A stretch of 64,000 nt of DNA, taken from the IMG/VR virus record IMGVR_UViG_3300028833_000003; one strand, given 5' to 3'. Source of the DNA: a virus. Position 1 is the stretch's first letter. Every line of letters starts with the position of its first letter. Below are positions 31,701 to 45,118 of the stretch, one piece after another. The translations under genes and the position numbers were made by a program. A model generated the notes under the pieces. That model ran no database searches. It was given only the letters and a program-made list of their open reading frames with translations, and had not been told where the DNA came from.

Positions 31701-31756
31701 AGCGTATCAGTTACTCTGGCGCTCCCTTGTATCAATGTATCTTTTAATTGTGCCAA
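25796..31756 (-). CDS. Giant tail fibre protein 1 (1986 aa, 15 in-frame TAG)
   Basis: TTG start 7 nt after AAGGAGG, bounded by an in-frame TAA at 31769. All 8 track fragments plus the gaps share one frame with no TAA/TGA, checked by hand.
- N-terminus AQLKDTLIQGSARVTDTLYT is fibre-like
- the body is G/T/S/N-rich
- the C-terminus ..AWNDYAEYR...GRVLVY..IIGYVSEVP..RIWIKVK resembles an autoproteolytic intramolecular-chaperone domain (tentative). Confidence 0.75.
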
Positions 31757-31768
31757 TGTAATTCCTCC

Positions 31769-34114
31769 TTAACGCTCTATAAATTGTGTAGCATTAACAC
31801 TAAACATTTTTTTACTTATTTGCGCAGGTTTATTTAAATCTTCTTCTGTTTCAGTAAAATGAGAAGCTTCAAATATACCTGTTCTTTTTATTTGTGGTTT
31901 AAACTCATTGTCAGCAATATACCACTATAAATGCCGTACTTTCCATGTAACTGGATTAGACTATCCGTTGGTTACTAGCCCTAAACTTGAATAGTCTCTG
32001 ATTGGTAAATGATTAGTATTGCCATTGTTAGTGTTTGAAGCACCACGATAAATTCTAGTCCATTTATTTGCAGGAATTGCTATAATTGAAGCCAAGCGTG
32101 TGCCTGTTGCATCATTATCATTTCCTGCCCAATTTACATCAGTACCACCAGCAGTATTATTATAGTCTGTATTTATATTTAATGCAATCGGTGTCCATAC
32201 CTCAGCAGTCCAGCGGTAGGTCGCGCCATATGGTACCATTAATGCTGGCGTATCTGCTAAACGAACTCCATAGCCCCATGAAGAAGTACCAACAGGAGAT
32301 ACAATCGTATATGTGTCTGTTTTTTCATCATAAGATACAGAAGTCGCACTGTTATTTACAAGTTTCGCATTGATCATCATATCATTATTTTCCTATACTT
32401 CATATGGATGCATATTACCAAATTTATCTATCTTTATACCAACATTATACAACTATTTTATTTCCGTGTCAAGTAACGCAGTACAATAGATACGAAAATC
32501 ACTATAACTACCTAATGTTTTTCTCCATACACCACCAGCCTTTGAAAAACCAATATATAATTGACTAAACGAAGCTAACGTTTTTCCTGCTCCAATAGTT
32601 ACATTACTTTTTTCGATACCATCCTAATATGTGCGCGCAGTTGTTCCATCATAAGTAACAGCATAATGATGCCATTCATTTTTTATATATGAAAAATTTA
32701 AACGCTTTACACCAGAGCCATCACTTGGGTAAATATCAAAACCACTATCACGATGATGGAATGCAGTTAAATTATAATCGGTTGGCGCGGTTTCATTATT
32801 TGATGTACAAAAAACCGCATGACTTGTACTATTACCATAACCACTTTCTGGTTTTCCCCACCACGTGACAGTCATTTGAGAAGGAGTTGTTAAAGTTAAT
32901 GGTGTTTGGATATAACATAATCCAGTATTATTATTGGTCGTTGGCTCTGAACTATTCCATTTTGTTGCAACAGTATATCTTTTAGTATCTGTTGTAGATA
33001 TTAAATTACCAATAATAGTACCATTATGATTATATCCACTACTATCTTCAATAATATTATTATTATATGTCTAACACCATGGAGTAGCTTTATTACCCCA
33101 TTCTAATTTCATACATTTCCACTATTCAGTAGTAGTAGTAGTTATTGAAGTATTATGATTCGTAATTAATAGTTGTAATGTTGTATAATCTGTATTTAAA
33201 GCAAAAGTTACAGATGAACGTCCTGATGAAGAGGCAGCAATGACTTCCGTAGATAATACTGTTGGCCTATCACTACTACTTTTATATTGCTAAACACGAG
33301 CTTTTAATGGTTTCTGACCTGATATAGCATTGATGTCTATACTAAAAGTAAACTAATCACCATTTTTTGCCCCTGTGGCTTCAACAAAACTAGTAATTGG
33401 CATTTCCCAAATAGTTGTATAATATTGACCAATAGAGAAATTAGTCCAAGTATTAACATTATTATTGGTTAAATTTATAGAATTATCTAACTTATAATGT
33501 AATATTAATCCTCGCGCAATTTCTGACACTTCTGCAGATGATAAACAATGATCATACAGTCTGACATCATTCATCCACCCATTTAATGGATTGCCAGTAC
33601 CTGTCTATGTAGTACCAATATAAGTAGCAGTTGCAGTTGCTTTTGTTGGCGCAGTCCCTGCGGTTCCCGCAGTTCGCAAACCATTTATATATACTGCTTT
33701 TGTATTTTTACTTTTACTATAAGTAAAACAAATATGATACCACTAATTTGCTACAAATGATAATCCAGCGCTAAGATTAATAGTCCAACGTTCGCCAGTA
33801 TCAAAATATAATTGACTAGCATTCATTATCCATGCCGCAAATCCAGTTGAAGCAGTTTCACTACGATTACAAAATAAAGTTGCGGCAGAAAAAGAAGCCA
33901 TTTTAATCCAACAGCAAAAACTCATTTCATCAGTATTATTATCCCATAAAGCCGGTGTCAATGTGATATTACTATTGTTACTAGAAGTAAATCTATAACA
34001 CTAACCAATTTTTCCATTTGTATCAACAGTAAGACTATTACTATTAACAGTAGTATCACTAATACCTTGATTATGTAAATCCCCAGTAAGGGGGAGCCAT
34101 ACTCGCAAACTCAT
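31769..34114 (-). CDS. LamG/concanavalin-like lectin-domain fibre protein (781 aa, 12 in-frame TAG)
   Basis: ATG at 34114 after AAGGAGGG. The N-terminus MSLRVWLPLTGDLHNQG...FCCWIK...WYHICFTY...VYINGL...GWMNDVRLYDHCLSSAEVSEI matches the LamG_3 pattern, and a second similar module lies downstream. One frame was verified. Confidence 0.7.
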
Positions 34115-34126
34115 ATAACTCCCTCC

Positions 34127-37100
34127 TTACACAAAGATGAAATCAATACATTCATCGCCGTCATTCCATGCGCTGTATGCATATTCAGTGGTGCCATAAT
34201 GCCATGAATAACGATAAGCACTTAATTCACCAGGAGTGGTTGTTAAATATACGCCACTATCTCCAGTAAGTGATACGTTTGCGGCAGTCGCAGCTAATGC
34301 TGATGTTGTGCCAAGCAAATAAGTTTTGGTTGTCTAATTTAATGCCGCAGAAATTTTAGATGCAGTTGCTGCATTTCCAGTATATTGAGTAGCGCTTACA
34401 TATGAAGTTGTGCTACTGCCTAAATATACTGTACTAGCCTATAAGCTAGCCGTGCCAGTGGAACTGCCAAAAATAAATTTAGTTGGTATCGCACGGCTAT
34501 CTTTCGCGCGATAGCCAAAAAATATTGTTGTACTAGTATTTGTACCGCCAAAATTTATTTCATTATTGTTTTCTGGATATAACCAAAGTCCAGTAACACC
34601 AGATTTGGTTGCTGTTGCGGCATTAGTTACTGTTTCATCACGATACCAAGGCCTATAAGCATCTCGAGTAGCTTGTACAGTGCCCGTAGAAGTAGCTTCC
34701 TAAACAATTTCAAAAGCATCATATAAATTAATTTGCGTATAACCGTTAGTAACATTAAATACATCAATACCAGTATAACTTTTTATAGGTATTGAAACCC
34801 AAAGAGTGCGATAATTAGAAACAGCATCATTATCATAACCAAAACTAACTGTTAATTTATCTGTAGACGTTCCACCAATAATAACTGCTTTTGGCTCATA
34901 CCATAAACTATTCCCATAATTATATCCACTAATACCTATATCAGTATAATCATAAGATTGATAAACACGAATGGTAAATGCTAGCATCCAATTAGTTTTA
35001 GTTTTAATTTTTACTTTTAAAACGCCATTTAAGGAACCCGAAGTTGTAGACCAATGTGCCGCAGAAGTATGTTTAGCAGTACCCCATAATGTATTTGCAT
35101 AAATATTATTCCAGCGTAAAGAAGAAGTACCTAAATCTTTAGTTGCTGTAACTAATGGATATAAATTACCAGACAAACCAACATCGTATGTATTCATACC
35201 AATACGAACAGTATTATTCCATGTTGTAGCACTAGTACTACTTGTTCCGCTTTGAATTGCAAAATAATTTGTATCAGCCGTTCCGGAGCCTAAAGAACCA
35301 ATACGCCAAGATGCTCCAGCTGTTTTATTACTATTATACCAAAAATTAACAAATTTATCTGTGTCACCAGTAATAATATTAACATCCGCCGTCATGTTGT
35401 TAGTACCATCTAATTTTAAATAAACGGTATTATGATTATGACCAGCAAGAGCAAAGTATGAATCAGGATGATAAGCTGATGCACCAATTGTAGTGCCAGC
35501 AATTACTTTACCACTTGAATCAATATAAATTGGCTAAGTAGCAGTACCAACAGCCGCACGCGAATCAGTATATAATGCTTTTACCCAAGGCTACCAGCTC
35601 ATTGTATTAACATTATCTACCTTCACTGTTTTTCCAAAACGATGATGAATTTGATAACTGCTATCATCAATAAAAATTTGATGTCCATAAGTAGAATGCC
35701 ATGGAATATCAATAATCATACCGTCATTTGAATTCCAGGTATCATTGTCATTCATTGCAATAGATGATACTTTCGCAGCTTGAATACCAATACCATTGGT
35801 ATGGAATGCATCAACTGCTTCTTTAGTAGTTAATTGTGCATGATATTTTAAAATACTAGCAGTATCAGCATTGCCAGTAACATTACCATTAAAAATCCAT
35901 TTATTATCTGCACCTGCATAAATAATCCATTGACTAGCTTTATCATCATATAAACCATGATTAACATTTCCAGTTCCAACACCCCACCAATAGCTAATCG
36001 TTGAACTATACTACACTTTTATTTCTGCCTAACCGCCTGCAGCGTGTGTTGCAAGTACATGACCATTTACAATGCCTGCATATAAATTCTTCCAAGCAAA
36101 ACTTGCAGTACCTAAATTAAATTCATTGTTCTTACCTGGCCGTAATGCGGTTTTACCATCAAATAATGCAATAGTATTATCATAACCAGTAGCAAAACCA
36201 ATAGCTAAAGAGCCAGTTTCTGGATAACAGATATAACTTGGACCACTATTATCTGCGGTTCTTGTAAATTCAATATGTTTAATCGCGGTTTTGTCACTGA
36301 ATATTAATCGTTTTACTTCTGCACTATTTAGAATTTTTGTATCTGTCTATACTGTATATAAATGGTCAGTATATTGATATACTGGATGAGTAGCATAAAG
36401 CATAATACAATATGTATTATAAGCACGACCCAACAAAATATAGCAATTACCATCATTAGAAGAAGGTAATGCCTATACAATTGGACTTGCTGATGCAATT
36501 TTACATTTTCTTCCTGTTGTTGGTGTAACTTTCAAATAAACATTCTTATGTGCCGTTAAAGTTGTACCAGTATTAAACGTATAACGTAAATCTACAGGAT
36601 AAGAATAATATAATGCGCCAGCACTAATTGCCGCATCTGCATTAACTGTTGTGGTTGTACCATAATAATAGATTAAACCATCGAGTAAGAATTCTTGGCT
36701 GGTAAGCATTGTCTTACTAGTGCCAGTTGAATTGCTTGTACTAGTAAGCGCGCATAAATGGTCTTCATCAACCTAAAATAATAACTAATATCTATAAATA
36801 ACATTTGCAGCAATATGATTGCCATTTGCAATATATAAGTTAGAAATGGTTGTACTATTACTGTCATAGTAATTTAATACTCTAAACGCACCGCCAGTTA
36901 CAGTTGTCGCATTAACAGAATCAGCACCATCTATAGGAGTCATACTCGCTGCTGAGCCAGCAGCTTCAAACGTTACCCATAAATAATTATTAACAGGATA
37001 ATGTGTAGTTAATCTACCAGTTCCATTTAAAACAACTGGATAGTAATTAGTACCATTATTCATGGAAATATAAACGCCCCAAGTGTGACCGGCGACAGGA

Positions 37101-40100
37101 ATTTTAATTAAGAAAGTATCACCATCAGCAACATTTCTACCAATATTATAAGTCCATTTAACTGGAAAATAACGCGGTGAAACACCAGAACCTTTATCTT
37201 GTTGTGCAGTACCAGTACCAGTAATTAAATTATTAAATACTTTACTATGTACTGTATCACTAAATGTGCCATTAGTGCTATATACACCATTAAATTCATG
37301 TGATGCATCACCCAAGGAATGGGTTTTAGTTGCATATGAATAAATAGAACCCTAAGTAATATACAATGATTTAGATGCTGTATCCATCGCTGAACCAGTA
37401 CCAGGACGAAGAAGAATAGCATTAAGCGCATTAATTGCAACATTGCCATTACTTGCTGCGGCCATATATGCTTGTTCTGTCTTAATTGTACCATTAGAAT
37501 TAAGAGTGTACCAAGAAATCCTATTATTTGCAGCATTACTAATAGCATCATTAGCAGCAGTAAATTGAACATTGCCTCTAAATAATCCGCCTAAATCATC
37601 TATAATACGTATCCAACGAGTACCAACAACAGCGCCTGCATTTAAACGCTTATAATATAAATGATTTGTGCTACCAAAAGGTACTGCTAAATCAGTATAA
37701 TACCCATTGCTATTGCTATGATGCATTCTTAAAATATGCCACCAGGCTGTAGTTGGTGTATCATTTACTTGCGCGGCATGTCCCGCCGTACCATTAATAT
37801 CAAACCAACGCAAACCAATTAAATTATAATCAGTACCATCATTACGTACTAAACATTTAGCGCCTGTCGCAGTTCCATCTAAATCACCATGGAACTTATA
37901 AGCATATACAGTTTTCCATTGATGCGAAGTATCGCCTAAATCTTGAGCATTATCCGCGCCTGGACGCACAAGTCCAGTCTTATAAATAACCAACTGTTGA
38001 TTTGCACTATCTCCTGTGCCAAAGCCAACAGCCAATACAGATGCGGCATTATCAGGATAAGTAACATAATTCCAACTACTACGGCTAAATTTAATATGTG
38101 ATTCCGCAGCAGTACTTGCAATGGTTACTGTTTTTGTATTAGTTTCACCATTAATAGTTACTTTACCTTTAGCAAAATTAGCAACTTGCGTACCAGTAGT
38201 TGCGCGAATAGTATCCCAAGATCCAGATAATGCGGCTTCATAGACTTGAACATCTACCTAATTAGCAAACAATCTTATTCTATCAGGACCACTAGTATTA
38301 TTTACATCATTACCTTTAAATAATAATAATTCACTTTTTTCATTAGCTGTATCTTTTGGTCCATAAATAGATTCACCAATATAAGTATGATTAAAACCAG
38401 CAGGACCATCACCATATACACCATAAAATGCAATATAGTTATTGCTACCAGAGTCGGCACTAGCATAACCGTTTTGCCCGCTCCCAGTACCTGCGGTATC
38501 ACTACTACCAATTAATAATGGTCCTTGTAACCAAGATTTACCACCAGCGACTTTTAACGCATAATTTACATCTGGAGCAATATTAATACCTAAATGAGGT
38601 CTAATACTCCAACCAGTTGCCGCATGTCCTTGAATACGACTTGCTGCACTATTAGAACCATTATAGCTAATATAAAAATTAGAATCAGTAATATCTGCTG
38701 CCGCAGCTGTTGCATTTGCTGGCGTTGAATATGCTCCAACTAGCCAAACACCATTACCAGTACCATTAAGAGTGCCTTGCGTACCACCAAGAGTTACAAC
38801 AGACCAACCGTTTGAAGATCTATTAATTCTAATTCCTTCTGAGTATGAATTAGAAGTATTATAAGAACCATTAATAACAATATGGCCATTAACAGTAATA
38901 AGATTGGCACCATTAGATACTGCTGTTCCACTATCACCAAATTTAATACCTGAACTATTGATTTGTGCATATTGACCATTAGGCCCAACTTGGAACGTGC
39001 CGTCTGTGCGGAAAGTGCCGCTATCTTGATAAACATTCTTTGAACCGACGGTACGTATCCAAGTCTCATCAGTCATCTTCCAGCCGCCACCATTTGCAAA
39101 TATTAAAGTATTATTTGTTAATGCAGTATTAGTATTATAAACTTTAAAACCATTAACTGCGCTAATTTGATGATCGAAATAGTATGATTTATCTTGACCA
39201 TTTGTAAAATGTATCCAAGAGCCATTTTGCGCGCCAATTTCTACAGTAATACTATGATTACTTATTTTTAATGTACCACCACTAATAGTGTCAGACCAAG
39301 TATTATCACCGCGCCAAAATTTAGCTGTCGTGCCGCCTGATGTAGAAATAGTTGCGGCACTACCGGTAATGCTAATAGGCCACGTACCACTTGCGCCAGT
39401 ACCAGTTAAAGTAGGTGTGTATAAATTATAATTTTTATCATCTAAAATAGTTGCCCAAGATTTCCAAGGATTTGTACCATCAACTACATTCCAACCTGAA
39501 CGATAACGAATACCATATGCTTTACCTTGAGCAGCGCTAGCATTATGACTAATATAAAACTAAACAGCCCCACCATTACCAGCACGTATTACATATAACG
39601 CGCCATAGGCATATGGGGCATTTTGATTAGTCCCTGGATTATTAGTACCAGTAAAACCATTACTAGAAGCAACATAATACGCACCTGTCGTAGTAATATC
39701 CCAAGAGCTATCAACACCAATATTGGTAGGTGCTTTGATAATATCATCTAAAGTACCAGTACCGCCTAAGCTGATAGTTTTGTTGCCAATAGTAATGGAT
39801 GAATTTTCTAACTTACTATTAGCAATAGAACCAGCTAACATAGCATTAGTTACTTTTCCTGCCCCAATAGTAGTGGCAACACTCCATCCCTTTGTGCTAC
39901 TGCTTGACTCACCAGTTACGTCACCAGTTAATTTAACTGTTGTCCCAGAGGTAAAAGCCGCTGCGCTACCAGCCTTAGCAGTATAATCTTTATAGCTAAC
40001 AGTTACTCGATGCTCTGTTGGTATAATAGAAGCATCATCTGCCGTATTATCAATGACTGACCAGTCTTGTGAATAATCTCTTGTTAAATTGCTTGGCCAA

Positions 40101-41965
40101 TATTCAAACATATCAATATTAAAATGAATATAATATGCTTCTGGTAATACCGCAGTACCAATTAAACCCAGACCAATAGCAACATATTCTTGTCCATTTT
40201 CAGTATATGAAGATAAAGTAATTACTGGTCTATGTTCAGTGTTAGATGTTGCACTATAATTACAAAATTCACCGTTATAAATATAAAAAACCAAACCTAA
40301 TTCAGTTGGTAGTCCAGGATTATAATTATCCATATGGAAAATCAATTTTGGCATTACGTTTCCACTAGTATATGGAATTCTTGTTTTAATTAAAATTTCT
40401 TTTGGAGTACCAGATGTACCATAATCAATTACATTATGGAAATATCTACCAGTCTATGTTTTACCTGGCATAATTCCATCGGTACGGAAATGATAATTTG
40501 TACCATCATAATATACAATATAATTGCCGCCAGGCAATGTATAGTTTGAAGAAGAAGATGGCTTGCCGTTAATCCAAACCGGCTTATCTCCTGTTCCGCC
40601 AATATTTAATGTAAATGCGCCTTGATAAGTATTATCATAATAATGAGTATAAGGGAACTATTTACCTGCTGTTAATTGAAATTTCCAACCGCCAATCGCG
40701 ATTTTAGCTTGTTTAGCTGCGCCGCTAGTTGAAGTATTCTCATATGGGAACATATAAGAATATGTATTATTATAATCAGCATTAGATAAAATCCAATAAG
40801 TACCATTATATACAAAAAGTGCGATTGCATCAGCACGCAATTCATTAGTTGATGTTAAATTAGCAATATTCGCATTATATAATTTTTTAATATTTTTGGC
40901 GCCTTTACCATTAACATTTAAAGTTAAATTAGCAACTGCAGCAGTATTAGTATTACTAAATGAAACAACTAATATGTCACCAGTCTATAGCTAATTATAA
41001 TCTGCACACGTAACTACCTTTGCGGCAGTACCTGCAGCGGTCGCGCACGTACCATAAAAGATACGTCCATTACCGGAAGCTAAATTTAAATCACTTAAAC
41101 TATAACTATTGCCTAATTGTAATGTTTTATTATTTAAAATAAGATAACGACGTTCATCTTCTGGGGCAGGCGTCCAATATGTAGCTACAGGTCCGCGTTC
41201 CAATTTAATATTATTTAATTGTAAAAAATCACCTGCGGCATACTGATTAGTTGTTGTATTAGTACAATATAATCTAAAATACAACATTGTAATATTCGTT
41301 GGCAATACAAATGTAAATTCAACTCTTGTCCCAGTAACTGTTATTCCTTTTCTGGCAGATGTAATTTCTGCAACACGTTTGCTTTGCAAAGCAGTTGTAT
41401 CAAAAGTGCCAGCTGTCGTTTTATCTACATATAAATCTAAATTAATATAATAAGTAGTGCTATTAGTTGCACCTGATAATAATTTATAATCTAAATCAAA
41501 AGCAAGTGTGTATTCTGTATTAACAGCCAATGCGTCAAGATTATTAATTTTAATTTGATTAGCATTAGCAGTATTACTACTACTGCCTAAATATAAAGCT
41601 GCCTAACAAGCTGCGGTTTCTTTCAAAATTAAACCATGCGCATCGCTCGCTGTTAAAGTACAATTACTTGCTGGCGTAAAATGATATACACCATTTAAAT
41701 TTGGTAAATTATTATTATCTTTAAATAAAGTATTTTGTATTAAGTTTCTACCAGCAACATCTGTGCCGACTAAATAATCTGCCGCGCGTGCATTCAGTGG
41801 GATACGATTGACACCCACTTGTGCCTAGTTCGCATCAGCAATATCAATATAAAACTTGCCATCATCTTGCGTAAAATAGGCATACCCTTCCGTAGCCTTA
41901 TAAGTAGAGTTACCTGTTTTACCTAGTGCTGATGATGAGCCTTTTAAAATTTTAAAGAGTGCCAA
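34127..41965 (-). CDS. Giant tail fibre protein 2 (2612 aa, 20 in-frame TAG)
   Basis: TTG start after AGGAGGGG, bounded by an in-frame TGA at 41969. Ten track fragments plus all gaps are in one frame with no TAA/TGA, checked by hand. The N-terminus ALFKILKGSSSAL..EGYAYFTQDDGKFYIDI is a fibre N-terminal motif. Fibre motifs W..ILD..N and GTGASGTW.ISITG are present. Confidence 0.75.
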
Positions 41966-41990
41966 TCTTCAGCCCCTCCTATCTCATCAA

Positions 41991-42012
41991 ACTCTATATA
42001 GTATTATAAAAC
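41991..42012 (-). promoter_or_regulatory. Late promoter-like element L1 (TTTTATAATACTATATAGAG, no -35)
   Basis: It lies downstream of the 42039..42079 terminator and about 25 nt upstream of the fibre-2 SD. It shares TTTT-N8-9-TATATAGA with L2 and L3. Confidence 0.35.
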
Positions 42013-42038
42013 TAATTAGATAATTTATTAAAAATAGT

Positions 42039-42079
42039 CCAAAAAAAAATAAGGGTTAAGTGAATACTCACTTAACCCT
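42039..42079 (-). terminator. Intrinsic terminator (leftward transcription)
   Basis: On the - strand AGGGTTAAGTGA-GTAT-TCACTTAACCCT is followed by TATTTTTTTTT. Confidence 0.7.
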
Positions 42080-42084
42080 ATATA

Positions 42085-42792
42085 TTAAGATATTTCAGTT
42101 ACATCATTCCAATAGCGACTTTCCATTAATTCTTTAAACTAACGAGTTAATTCGTTATAGTTCTGTAACATAATTAAATACTAACCATCTTCATAAATGG
42201 TTTCTTCTTCTGGAGTTGGTTGTAAAGCATCTAACCCATACAAAATTTTTGTATGTACTGCTTGTGTGCGCAAATTATATATGTAATGATAATTACTTGG
42301 ATCATCTTCATCTTCGGCTAAGCGATAAAATCTTAAACCAAATTGAAGAGGTCCAGCAACTTTTGTAGCAGCACCTTGAATTATCCAACCAAGTACCATA
42401 TAGCCAGGATAACTCGTTAAATCTTTAAATAAAATTGGCGAAACATGACTTTCACCGGCCGCATTTACATATTCAATAACTGCGGTTGTACGATTTAAAT
42501 CCATATCGTCAAAATAACGAGGTACTTTAAAGAAAATCGTTTCTGCTAAATGGTCTTTTTCTACACTTAAAAATTCTTTATAAGCAGGTTGATTTTCGAT
42601 AAGAATTGTTCGGGAATTTAAATCTACGTCAATTAAAGGAGTAGTAGTAGGACATACCCCGAACAACATCTTATCTTGATAATTCTACTCTATTGTATAA
42701 AGAAGGGCTTTTAATACATTTGCGGCACGATTAGTAATCTCAGGATTTGCTACAACTCCTACTCCAGTAGCAATTTCTTGTTGAGTTGCCAC
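42085..42792 (-). CDS. Virion protein, paralogous domain with 42810..44795 (235 aa, 3 in-frame TAG)
   Basis: GTG start after AAGGAGGG. TAGs are at 42685, 42181 and 42139. It carries the shared motif DHLAETIFFKVPRYFDDMDL. Confidence 0.55.
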
Positions 42793-42809
42793 AATAATCC
42801 CTCCTTATA

Positions 42810-44795
42810 TTAAGTAATGTTAGGTGGATCTTGTGTAAGTTTATTAACTGCAGCATTGCATCTAATTTGAATAGTGCCTGCTTTAGAATAATCAGAGAAA
42901 ATCTCTTTATCAAACAATTGAGTGCGACCCTTAAATGTAAGCATATAGAAGCCTCTGCTACTATCGCGCTGGAAAGCAGGATGGTCTTGCAAGAATTTTA
43001 AGAAATCAACAGAAACCACACCAACGTTACTTGTCTGTGCGTTAAGTGCTTCAAATGAAGTAACATATTCGTCTTCGATAGTAATGTTGAAGGCTAACTC
43101 ACCAGCATCATTGGATACAAACTGCGCGGTAACGCCAACACTAGCTTTATAGTCATCTTTATTTGGTGCAGTTGCTTCATATGTGTCATCACCGATTTCC
43201 GCAGAAGCACGGAAATTCATAATCTTACATTCAACCTGAGTACCAGCGGCGTTCAAGTCAATGTCAAATGCAGGAGCAACTGGATACAATTGAGCATTTA
43301 CAGATACGCCTGCGCCCTTCGTTAATGAACTATTCTGATAGGTATTAGTAACATTAACTGTATATAAACCAGCTTCAGTTGGAGTATATTCTGCGGCAAT
43401 AGCACCATCAATAGCATTGTTATCTTTATACCATTGATAACTAATTTCGCCATTCTCATGGTCTTTCTTAGTTGCGCTAACACTAATGCTTTCTTTATCA
43501 CCAGTACGATTAATAACTAACTCAGTTGGCAATTCTTGTACTACATCAAAATCAGAAGCAGCAAGAATACTGGTCATATCACTATCAATCCAACGAGTTT
43601 CATACTTCCCAGCAGTTTTTTCAACCTTATTACCAATCTTGACATAATAGTCGCCGGGTACCTTGGTCTTTAATACGCTGTCCCAAATATTAGTAATAGT
43701 AGTAGTTGGTTCATCGCCCTCATTCTCTGCAGGAACAGTTTCAACACGTCTATTGATTGTATGATTGACAAGATTAGATTCATTAACTAAATCCCACTCT
43801 GGCCAACGCTCTAAGAAACGTGCTTTCATTTCTGAATCAGAAATATCATCAGCGATTGCAGCACCATTATAATAAAGTTTATAAACAACTTGTGCATCAA
43901 CAAATTGTCCTTTATTAGCTGCTGCGGCAGCATCTAATTCTGCAACAGTATTATCTTCACTTGGAGTAAGTACAACTTCATAATTTTGTACAATATTCTT
44001 TTCTCCGAAGCTCTGTACGCCAGCGCCCTTTGGATAATAATTCAAATGAACAATAGGTGCAGGCATCTGTAACAAACTTGCAGTTCCACTATAGCTTGGA
44101 CGATTATCTACAATACTAGACCAATCAGTTACATCTTCGGTAAAATCACCAGAAATAGTATTCTTTACAGCAACCTTTGCGGCCAATGTGTGCTTTTCAG
44201 CAACAACTACTTCATCAATGTTCTTTAAAATAAATGTAACAGCAAAATCAACTGTACCAGCTACTGAGGCAGGGCCTGACTCATCACCAGAAATGGCCCA
44301 ACCAAACCACATATGTTCATCATCATAGTCGATATAAAGCGCCTTATCAGTGCCAGATAATGTGCCGTTATGCCATTGAATTAAAACTGAACCATGTACG
44401 CCGGTATTTTCATCTAAACCAACACAAGCAGCCAAGTCCATTGTATCAAAGTAACGAGGTACTTCAAAGAATACAACTTCTGCGAGGTGGTCGCCAACAA
44501 CTGCAATACCATTCTTTTGGAAATCAGCTGGGACAGTAATAACACCGCTATTTGTATTAATAACAAAATACTGTTCATCAAATGGAACTCTCACATACAA
44601 AGGTAAGCGAGTCTAATCTATATTAGGCTTATTACGAATAATATCTAATGCTTCGTAATATTGAGACAAAGTTTCTACTTGTTGTAACCCAGAGTCAGCA
44701 GCCAATTGTTTTCCAATAGTCATTGGCTCTGCATTTTCATTCTCAAATAGAACTCTGTTTAAACCCCTAGTTAAGGATTCTTGAGTTACTAGCAT
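42810..44795 (-). CDS. Virion protein with Ig-like domain (661 aa, 1 in-frame TAG)
   Basis: ATG at 44795 after AAAGGAG, with a TAG at 44613. It has DHLAEVVFFEVPRYFDTMDL and an Ig-like segment ISYQWYKDNNAIDGAIAAEYTPTEAGLYTVNVTN. Confidence 0.6.
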
Positions 44796-44820
44796 AGCTC
44801 CACTACTCCTTTCTCATAAT

Positions 44821-44860
44821 TCGAGGAGTGCATTAAGATGCACTCCTCGATATCTATATA
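44821..44860 (-). promoter_or_regulatory. Late element L2: TATATAGA + 13-bp perfect hairpin in the 5' leader
   Basis: The - strand reads TATATAGA-TA-TCGAGGAGTGCAT-CTTA-ATGCACTCCTCGA. No U-tract follows, and the SD begins 12 nt downstream. Confidence 0.45.
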
Positions 44861-44884
44861 CTTATCAAAAAATTATTAAATATA

Positions 44885-45100
44885 TTATACTACTTCGTCC
44901 CGCATACTAATTTCATACCAATTAGTTGCCTCATCTTCTGGCACGGTCACTGTAACCATTTTGCGCGTACCATCTGTTAATAACTTCCCAGCATCTGCGC
45001 GCAATCTAATCAAACGTACATAATATACATCTTCTAAGTGGATAGGAGTTTCTAACACCCCATTAGTTCCAAGATAGCGATAAATAACTTGACGTGTCAT
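44885..45100 (-). CDS. Small hypothetical virion-module protein (71 aa)
   Basis: SD AAAGGAG, TAA stop, no TAG. Confidence 0.5.
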   Translation of the reverse strand: MTRQVIYRYLGTNGVLETPIHLEDVYYVRLIRLRADAGKLLTDGTRKMVTVTVPEDEATNWYEISMRDEVV

Positions 45101-45118
45101 TTGAGTATCTCCTTTCCA

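Noticed and set aside
31756-34129. All three fibre-region genes are in the same reading frame and are separated only by TAA-GGAGG-N6-7-start (34127-34114 and 31771-31756). This hints at TAA readthrough fusing the fibres.
   Set aside because: The junction is simply the stop codon abutting a consensus SD (TAAGGAGG). Same-frame placement of three genes has a 1-in-9 chance, and there is no readthrough context or supporting evidence.
34127-41965. A diversity-generating retroelement, prompted by the tropism-determinant-like N-terminal motif.
   Set aside because: There is no reverse transcriptase, and I could see no template/variable repeat pair or C-type-lectin C-terminus in this window.
44821-44850. 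The 13-bp and 17-bp perfect hairpins (44821-44850 and 53188-53223) as Rho-independent terminators.
   Set aside because: Neither is followed by a U-tract on either strand, unlike the terminators at 4521, 21038 and 42039. They are kept as leader or processing structures instead.
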